DNA of 57,201 nucleotides, from contig NW_026858783.1 in assembly GCF_026571515.1 (NCBI RefSeq), forward strand, positions 124,001 to 181,201, read 5' to 3'. Below the pieces are notes generated by a model. The model had not been told where the DNA came from and did not search any database. It was given only the letters and a program-made list of their open reading frames with translations. The translations under genes were made by a program, and so were the position numbers. Below are positions 48,616 through 57,201 of this stretch, piece by piece (within the stretch, counting starts at the first letter, position 1; each line of letters opens with the position of its first letter). The stretch is from Ruditapes philippinarum. Its lineage: Eukaryota.

Positions 48616-49300
48616 AGAGGATATCTTTCGTGTCAGTGAAATATAGAATATATTTTTACGAAACATGATAAAATGCCACATATTTTCACGAGCCGGGACG
48701 GCGAGTCAAATATGTGACATTTTATCGTAATGAGTGAAAGATATAGAGGATATTTGTTTGTTTTGCATGTAAGATTGAAATATAATTTCACTGAGTGAAC
48801 ACCAGATGCAATAATTTCACGAGTGGCGTAGCCACGAGTGAAAATATAATAGCTGGTGTTCACGAATGAAATATATTTCAATCTTACATGTAAAACAAAT
48901 ATAAATTTTCTTTTTATTGCATGCGTTTTAAGTAATTTTAAGTATTTTTTTACCGATTTTGCCGCGTAACGTCGCGCATTCTTCTTTGTGACGTCATCAC
49001 ATCACATCAACAATTTTGAAATATAGTTCTGTTAAATTTCTCTAATTTTGTTACATTTTTAACATAATGTATGGTGACATCGACTTTCTTCCCTAAAGAA
49101 GCATAATTTACGTATGACGGCATTTATTTCTGCCTGTTATTCCATTCAGTTATGATTTTCTTTTCATCCGCATTCAGATATAGTCCGGCTACAGTGAAAA
49201 TTATATTTTATAAATTTCACTAGTGGTTTATCAGAATATAATCATCTGATATATTACAATAAAACACTGGAAAGCATGAAATAAATACCATATTTCACGA
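48616..49300. mobile_element. Nested/compound Crypton-like palindromic repeats
   Basis: Two agaggatat-initiated units. The second is a long palindrome centred on cacgagtggcgtagccacgagtg (ttttgcatgtaagattgaaatata / tatatttcaatcttacatgtaaaa). Family by resemblance. Confidence 0.5.
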
Positions 49301-51774
49301 AAAACGAAAAAATAACCTTTTTATCTAATTTCATTATCAAAGAAGAAATGGTTACGAACTCCCTTGTTTGCTACGCAACTGCAATTGTACAGTATTGTAT
49401 AATCATTGTCTTGTTTTACACGCGATATTTAGCGCTACATTGTGACGTCACATAAACAACTCTTTAAACGTCTGTAAAGCGTTAATGACTGAATTAAAGA
49501 TATTTGTGTTCGGATTTATTTTCTTAGTTAGACCATTTTCTATCATTTTAGATAGTTTTCAAAACAAAATTCAACAAAAGTAGTTTTGTATTTATCAGAT
49601 TTTTCAAACAAAATGGCGAAAGAAGTCCCTTTAAATAAATATAAGTTTTGACTCCGCCCACTCCCATCTTTATATTTCATATTTATTTAAAAAAAAAAGA
49701 AATATATTTGACTGATATAGCACCATATTTAATGAGTAAAATTAAATAAAAACTTGTAGTCAGTAGACAGTAGAATAAATATCAAGATTTATAAAATTGA
49801 AACTATCATTTTAAAGAACCATTCGTAAATTCATTTTTGTAAATTTGTGTTTAGATAGTCAATCTAACAGTCAAGATATTTGATTATTATTATTTTAGAA
49901 GGAAAAAGACTATTAGATGTGTATGTTGAGCGGTGTAAAACCATGTTGATAAATGAGTGTAAAACTAAAACAGAGACAAATGATAGAATCACAACAAAAG
50001 TGATTTAAATTACTAATATATTTATCTTGGCAATTAATGGTTCTATTTATTCAAACGTTTCTGCACTCGTTCAAAATTCATTATAATATTAATTTCTTGT
50101 GAAATCCTTAGCATTGAATTACTAGTACATGTGTAGACACTTTAATCTGATAATACATTTAATCCGGTTATGGTTACTGAGTCGTTTGACAAGTGTTTTA
50201 TGTGTATTGTCATGCGATATCATAGAGTAATACCTTACCCGTTACGTTACTTTATTGTTTTCGTTTTCTTTAAACTGTTGACAGAAAAGACATTAACTTG
50301 CTATCTCAAATGATTTATAGACATTACTAGCATTGTTCTTAAAACAGGAATATCAAAGACGACATTTGTTATTGCAGTGTTAGTATTTTTCAATATGATA
50401 CTACAGTTTTAAATCACTGTATGCTTCTATCACAATTTAATGAAAGTTTTTCATTTAATTAGAAAATTGACATAATAATAAACAATCGAATATAAATGCT
50501 CGCCTCTTTTTTGGCCGGCCGCCGAGCCTTCGCTTCCCATCTTTCTGCCCGCCGAGAAGGTGCAACCCATGCACAAATATTAGTTGTTCTCTTTCATAAT
50601 TGCCATCCTTAGTCACCTTAAAATTTGCTTCATATATGTTACGTACTAACTTTAAATAGTGTTTTTTATAATAAATTAATTTAGATCTATTATTGCCATA
50701 TGGTATTTTCAGCACTGAGATGTACTTTAAACAAGTATAACAATAATATGGCATACATGTTTTATATGCCACTTTACCGATATTAATATTTATAATACTA
50801 GTTTACTTTTCATTTTAGTACCAACGAACGTCATTGTAAAATACCATTTATAACAATGTGTTTTTTATTAAAAAAACAACAACCATATCAAATTCAAGCC
50901 GACAAAACATGCACACCTATAAATATTATACAATGGTCAGATGTGTGATCTAAGCAGTTTAACAATTTTGTCAATTATAAATTTTGTTAATTATATTAAA
51001 TTATATTGATATACTTAAATGCTTAAATTGCATTTTACCTAAACTGTAAGATGATTTTTTTCATTTAAATCCTTGTAATGAACAAACTGGATTGCGTTAC
51101 AATGTTGTTTTGTTAGTGCATGTATGTAGCCAAAACAAAGTCTTGAAATTGTATACCATTTCGAAGCAATTAAAACATAAAAAAAAATACATGGCAGTTT
51201 TAGGTTTAAATGAAAATGTTCATGAGGGATAAAGAAAGCCCCTACCACCTTATGACCCAAGGGCTAAAGCTCTATTTAATCCTCAACACACACAAATGAT
51301 CTCGAATGATGTTGTATTCTTTTTTTATAAATAAAAAGAATACTTTCACTCTCTGAATTCAACTTAGTAGCCTATATCAATGAACAATTAGTAGGACTAT
51401 AACAATATGTTGTACGTACACGTTTGCAGCATCTATCATAACAAACAATTGTGAAGAAAACTATTAAATACCGTTGTCATGGGAACAAAATAATGAATAC
51501 CATAAGCAGATAGAAAACTTCGTTTTTACTTAATCATAATTGTTATTGTAAGAGGTCTACGTAATTTCGGTTTCTAGATGCATGCTTAATAATACGCGTA
51601 ACATATTAACACCTGCATTTATTACATGCGCCGGAAATGTTTGTATTCGTAAGACAGCGAACGCTTCTATGTTTCAACTTTAACTATTTTTATTTAAACA
51701 AGCAAATTATTTTATTGAGATTAATTAATGGTATATTGAATGTCTTTCCACTTTTTACAATTCTCTAAAAAAAA

Positions 51775-51985
51775 TCAGGACCATCACATGTTGAGGTAAT
51801 GGGATTTTATAAGTGACTTAAGAGCTCAGGTGCTCCATTGTGCATCATTTCAGGCATGAGCGGGTAACTGAGTTGAACCACCGACCTTTCAGTAAGCACT
51901 TTGAGGAAACCAAAATGCATTACGGAATTGGAACCAACTGTGGTTGGGACAAATGGTCTGAAATCAAGGATATTAACCCATAATC
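51775..51985 (-). mobile_element. tRNA-derived SINE
   Basis: Minus strand: tRNA-like head (gggttaatatccttgatttcaga...ggttccaattcc) then aaggtcggtggttcaactcag...cctgaaatgatgcacaatggagcacctgag, a body resembling bivalve SINEs; related to 24010-24168. Confidence 0.6.
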
Positions 51986-54552
51986 CGGTTATCATCAACA
52001 CTTAGTATATTTTAATCAAAGTCACGTTTGGTAAAAAATATTAGTGGTATAAATGGAATTGATGTCATTATTTACATAACAATTTATAATGTGTTTTTAT
52101 ATTGGATTTAGTACACAATGACAAAAATTTAGTAACGAATGATTAGTAATGATAAAACCTGAAGACATTTGCGTTTTGTTTAAAATACAATGTACCATTT
52201 CCGATAGTTTTACATTTCCGTGTGATTGTAATACATTGGTTGTGACCCACTTATTTTCAACGATTTTACTGCAAACAATTTTCTTTTTAATTACACAAAG
52301 TTTAAGCATTTAGTATGCTAGTTTAATTTTTTTTCTTTGCCTTTGTAAATAAAATGCACCTCTCCCGAATACGTCTTTAATTGGATATTGGGAAAGTTTT
52401 TAAGTTTGTATTTTGTTAAAAATATTTCTCTTTTTCGATGTCAAACTGTTAGTTTGCATTATATTGATAATATAAAGTGATCAAAATCATATTGATGTTG
52501 ATATTTTAAAGTAAAAAAAAAAAACAAGCATTGTCTGGAAAATTTGATTTTGCATGATACCTGTTTATTGTCGGCATATGTTTATTTTTACAAATATTTC
52601 AAACCATATAAAATGTTGGATTAATTTTAATTTTTTAAGTAAATACAAGGGTATTATAGCGCAATTTAGGTAGATCCACAACGAGTTTATATTTACAAAA
52701 TGAAAGATTAAAGCATTAGTGTAGCCAAAAGTCTTCTCCTAATTTAAAAAAACAATGATACGTCTATACATTTCACTTTTTACAGCGTAAGTAAATGAAA
52801 TGATAATGTTTTTAATTTCTAGTAATATATTGTTGCTCTTTCTGTTATCAAGCATATCAATACATTAATACGTTGAGTGTTTGTGTGTTGCATGTACACA
52901 ATAAAAGCTAGTGACTAAGTGTCATGAAAATATACTAAACTTGAGCCAGAGTCGAAACTATAGCAAGAAGCTAATTTTTTTTAATTGACGTCATTATTTT
53001 ATAGTTAATGAGTGTTAAATTAAATAATATATTCCTTTGCTTTCGTAACATATTTTAAACACAGCTTCGGAAAAAAAATGTCATTACATAACAACTGTCT
53101 TAGTTCGATATTGTCAGATAAGTGAGTTCTTGTAATTCTTTAAAACATTAAACAATATTATTAGAAAATACCCAGTAATATAATTGTTACCTTATGATCT
53201 TCTAGTTTAATTCATAGCCAATGTTATAGAAACGATTGTTTTTTTGAAATTCTCTTCTGTAAATAATGTTCCAAATGTTTATATTTCAAATGTACATATA
53301 CAATTTAATTATCACAATGTTCCACAGAAAACTCATGTATGCCCTTATAGAAATAAGTCAATATCGGATTTGTATTTAATATAATATAGTTTTAAAACAT
53401 AACTGTTGTTCACTATTATATTCGCTTTATGGTTGAGGAAGTCGTTAGCCCGTTAGCCAATGGTTAACGTTATTGTCTTTTTTTTTTTAGATATTACGTA
53501 TGACATTGGATAAACTAATTAAATACGCTCTTTTTAAGATGAATACTATGCTTTCTTTTGCTTTGGCAAAAACATAAAAAACAAACATAATGTATTCGTT
53601 AAGTTAGAAAATATATATTATGTGGGTTCTTTTGTAGTATCGATTTGTAAAAGACAATCTATAATCTCCAATATTTTTTGTTTTGTGACATGTTTTTTTA
53701 TAGATTAAACACTGTTTTTTTCTCGTGGTAGACATGTAACATGTTCTAGACCAAATATTAGAATATAACAAATTGACATTCCTCTTAATAGATGAATCGT
53801 ATCAATGTTCAATCTTTAAAAGTATGGCCAACTATAACATTGTTTAAGTATGTATCTTTGAGTGCCATAACTAAATATTATAGTATTTTGTTTGGCCCAA
53901 GAAAAAAACCCTATTAAGCATTATCTTATTTTGAAAATACAAAGAAAGAAAGTTTTTTAAACATCTTGAAAACAGACAAATAATAACTGATTAATTAACA
54001 TTTCGTTGTAATATTCTGTTATGTAAAAACATCTTATTTTATATAACCAGGTACGATTATAATTCAAATTACTTTCAAATAATATTTCAAACGTACTATT
54101 CATTTCCATAAACTGTAATAAAACAAATTTCATAATAGAAATATACAAAATTAATATTATCGTTTGTTTCAATATTCTGAAGGATACATGTTCTGCTTTT
54201 GGGTCAAAATTCACATACTATTAAGTTGTATATAAATTATGGAACTTGTAGGATTGTTATATACAATGTTATCATTCCAAATGTTCACACATAAAATTCA
54301 TATTTTCAGAAACTTTATTGTCTTAAACTCCTAATGTTTGAATGAATCGCCACCGTGAGTTCTATAACAATACAAAATTTAAATGACACTTGCAAACGGA
54401 ATCAAAGTAAGTTCCGCTCAACATGTATCATTTGTAAACTGTAGGAGAACTCGTTGCATACTACGATGTACAAGGGTTAGATATCAGAGGTTTAAGCATT
54501 TCATAGAATTCCTAACTATGTATTAATTATTATTTAATCTTATATTCATTTT

Positions 54553-54586
54553 TTATTTATTTATTATTTTATTTATTTATTTATTT

Positions 54587-54618
<32 letters not shown>
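54553..54618. repeat. (TTTA)n microsatellite
   Basis: tttatttatttatt... array immediately left of the tRNA-containing unit. Confidence 0.9.
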
Positions 54619-54867
54619 TGTCACGGCTCAAAGCGGTTCGATACTTAGGGGTGAAGATGTTTCAGTGGCCGCATAGCTCAGTAGGTAAAGCTGCGGTACG
54701 GTATTTTCAGGTTCCGGGGTTAGATTCCCGATCAGAGAGCACATTTTTCTCACCATGTAACATGAGTTAGCGGCTGGATACCTAAGTTGGTAGAGCCGAG
54801 GTACGATATTCAAAGGGTTCAAGGTTCGCGTCCAGGTCCGGCTGCACAGTTTTATCACCCTGTGATA
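54619..54867 (+). mobile_element. LTR-like unit carrying two tandem tRNA-derived (Pol III A/B box) modules
   Basis: Ends tgtcac...gtgata, with ttta on both sides. Modules at ~54666 (tagctcagtaggtaaagc...ggttagattccc) and ~54770 (tacctaagttggtagagc...ggttcgcgtcc), each followed by gcaca.tttt.tcacc.tgtRa.a. Confidence 0.6.
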
Positions 54868-55880
54868 TTTATTTATTTATTCATTTTAAATCATTTATTC
54901 TTTATTGCATGTTATGCTATAAAATATGCCAATATTATGCAACTAACTGATGTTTTGTTCCGTTCCTTTAAATATAATTTTATTGTCCGATCCCTTCCAA
55001 CCAAGCATAATTTATCTTTATTCAATTAATTGATCTAAAGTTTTACTTAGTCAAATTGGCAAAGTGCCGTTTTAAAGGGACGTAATGCAATTATGATACC
55101 AATTTTACATTTCAAGAATTAGTTTTTCATGTCACTTTTATATTTATCAAAAAAAGAAAAAACATAATCCTGTAAAGGTCTCTACAATACATTTTAGTGT
55201 AATGGCGATCGAACGTAAGAAAATGTTCGTAAATTCTAAACCAGAAGTAACAGATATGTGTATCAATGATATCTCTTTATCACAGTTCAGTTATTACGTA
55301 CAATTAAAAGGCGTCATTCCGGAAAATTACGAATATCAAGTTTCTTTGTTACCTTGTATGAAAAAACATGATATAACTGCCTTGTATTGTTTTATTTTAC
55401 AGAGTGTGGAAAGACACGTTTACTTGATCAGATAATCTATTTCGCCTTTGTATTTTGCCGCTATTGCCGAACCGTAAAACTTGTAGCTTTTTTTTAATTG
55501 TAACTAAATATTTAGTTGTAACTTTTTAATACCTTCTATATGATCGTTTTAAAACTTGTGTTATACTATTATTATTAAGAAATGTGTACTGTCAATTTTT
55601 AATACAAAACTGATTTTTTTTCATCTCATTCTCATCATATTTTAAACATCTTCTGTAATAATAAGTCGTTACTTCTATTTTATAAAATACATACAAAAAC
55701 ATGTATGAAATATATTCAAATACATGTATGTTTATTGTCAACAAAAATTAGTTTTTCTAAAATCAACATATACGAAACATTATCAAATGTATATCGAAAA
55801 TAAAAGATATTAATACCTGTTCTTTCTAAATTACAAAGACCATGAAGATAATTTCAGAAGAAAAAAATGAATTATGTATA

Positions 55881-55994
55881 GGTTAGAGTGCATATTGGGT
55901 GTTCTTCGTAAATAAGAAAGCTAAAAAGGAGCGGAGCTTGCGAAGCGACTGTAGCTTTTCTTATTTACGAAGAAATCCAATATGCACTCTAACC
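55881..55994. repeat. Long hairpin/palindrome, probably part of a Crypton-like non-autonomous element extending to ~56150
   Basis: ggttagagtgcatattgg...ttcttcgtaaataagaaagcta / tagcttttcttatttacgaagaa...ccaatatgcactctaacc. Confidence 0.7.
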
Positions 55995-57201
55995 GGCTTA
56001 GTGCTCCGCCCACTTGCGTTTTATAATATAAAAACGTCCAGTTTTATATAAAATCTGTTCTATTAAGATTTGAAACCTGAAAATTTGAAAACCCTCGTCG
56101 GTGATTGGCTTAAAAAATTGGCGAACACTAATGATTATAATCAGATAATATACATGTACATGAATATTTAAAACATTGCTAATTTGTTGCGAACATTAAA
56201 GTACAAGACATATAATCTGTGGGAGATTATGCATGCAATTATTTACAAAAAAATAAATTAGACACGCATAGGGGAAATAACCAAAAAACAATATTGTGCA
56301 ACGAATATCCACATTTGTTTACCCTTCGATTTTTAAATAATTTAATAAATAACCAATATTGTATTACCGTGACAATAGCAAATGGAAATGTATTTTTAAC
56401 CAATTAACATTTTAGGCTTTGGCTTTCGTTTAATGCAAAAAACAGTTGTTTATACCCAGACACAACAAATATGCAAGTAAGAGCACGTTCAAAAGATACA
56501 TGGACACTTTTTTTATGTTTATGTGTTTCATTTTTACACTTGAAATAATAAGAAGAAAAAACAGTGATATTTTGATGTTGACAACGTCAATTTGCCTGAT
56601 AGGTCAAGCATAGACACAATCTATAGAAATTGTAATTGAGTAGGAGAAAGTTACTTTCTCAAAAACAATTACTGTCTCTTAACCTGGGCAAATTGCGTTG
56701 GTGAATTTGTGTTAATATAGGTACAAAGCCACTCATGTGTTAGTTTTTCTGCCACTTGTATATCTAGATAATTTGTGCATTTACGGACACATTTGCAAGA
56801 GGAATGGGCGATGTAAATTTCGATACGGCACCACAAAACAATTTGACATATGATTAAAACCTTGGTATGAATACACAAACATTTCTATGCACATGCCTTA
56901 CCGAATATATTTTGTTTTGTTAGACTAAATTCTTTTTGTTTCTTTGATAGACAATCAGGTGCTTCTTCTTAATATTTAAGTGAATATTTGAATCTTAAAC
57001 TTTATATCACGCTCCAGTGTAAATCAGTCGTTTTAATACGTGAATTGTTTCTAAAAAAGGTGAAATTTGCAACCTTGTGAATACATTGATAATTAAGATA
57101 ATTTCAAATGAATTTTTAATGATTATTATGATTATAAGGCCAATGAGATTTATTTCTTAATGTTCAAGAGGCTTTGTCTACTATCGAGACGTCCCGTTTA
57201 C

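Noticed and set aside
54666-54850. Functional tRNA genes
   Set aside because: A/B boxes are present but acceptor and anticodon stems do not pair convincingly, and the modules are embedded in a repeat unit.
56669-56878. Cys-containing 69-aa ORF as a secreted peptide
   Set aside because: No convincing signal peptide or known cysteine framework, and no supporting gene structure.

Overview
AT-rich eukaryotic genomic DNA. The repeat families look like those of a bivalve mollusc; this is inferred from pattern recognition, not from a database search. The first 17.4 kb holds a 1.17-kb foldback element with 500-bp arms and two back-to-back, structurally complete tyrosine-recombinase (YR) retrotransposons with split direct repeats. 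The first is a PAT-like element (3608-7868, minus strand; gag, RT/RNase H/adenine-methyltransferase-like domain, YR). The second is an Ngaro element (10309-17398, plus strand; gag with zinc fingers, RT/RNase H, YR, SGNH hydrolase). Both carry stops and frameshifts. The main host feature is missed by the ORF track: a phase-consistent 5-coding-exon gene on the minus strand (24314 to 19178). It encodes a 344-aa protein with a short N-terminus, one transmembrane helix ending in CxxC, a heptad-repeat proline-rich stalk, a CARD-like death-fold domain and a short DLLVS tail, i.e. a candidate membrane-anchored innate-immune adaptor with a reversed MAVS-like domain order. Its probable first exon and the start of its first intron are duplicated in inverted orientation about 11.4 kb away. 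The rest is non-coding DNA with MITEs, SINEs, a Helentron-type tandem-core element, a truncated LINE, a tRNA-containing LTR-like unit and minisatellites. No rRNA, bona fide tRNA or CRISPR array was found.
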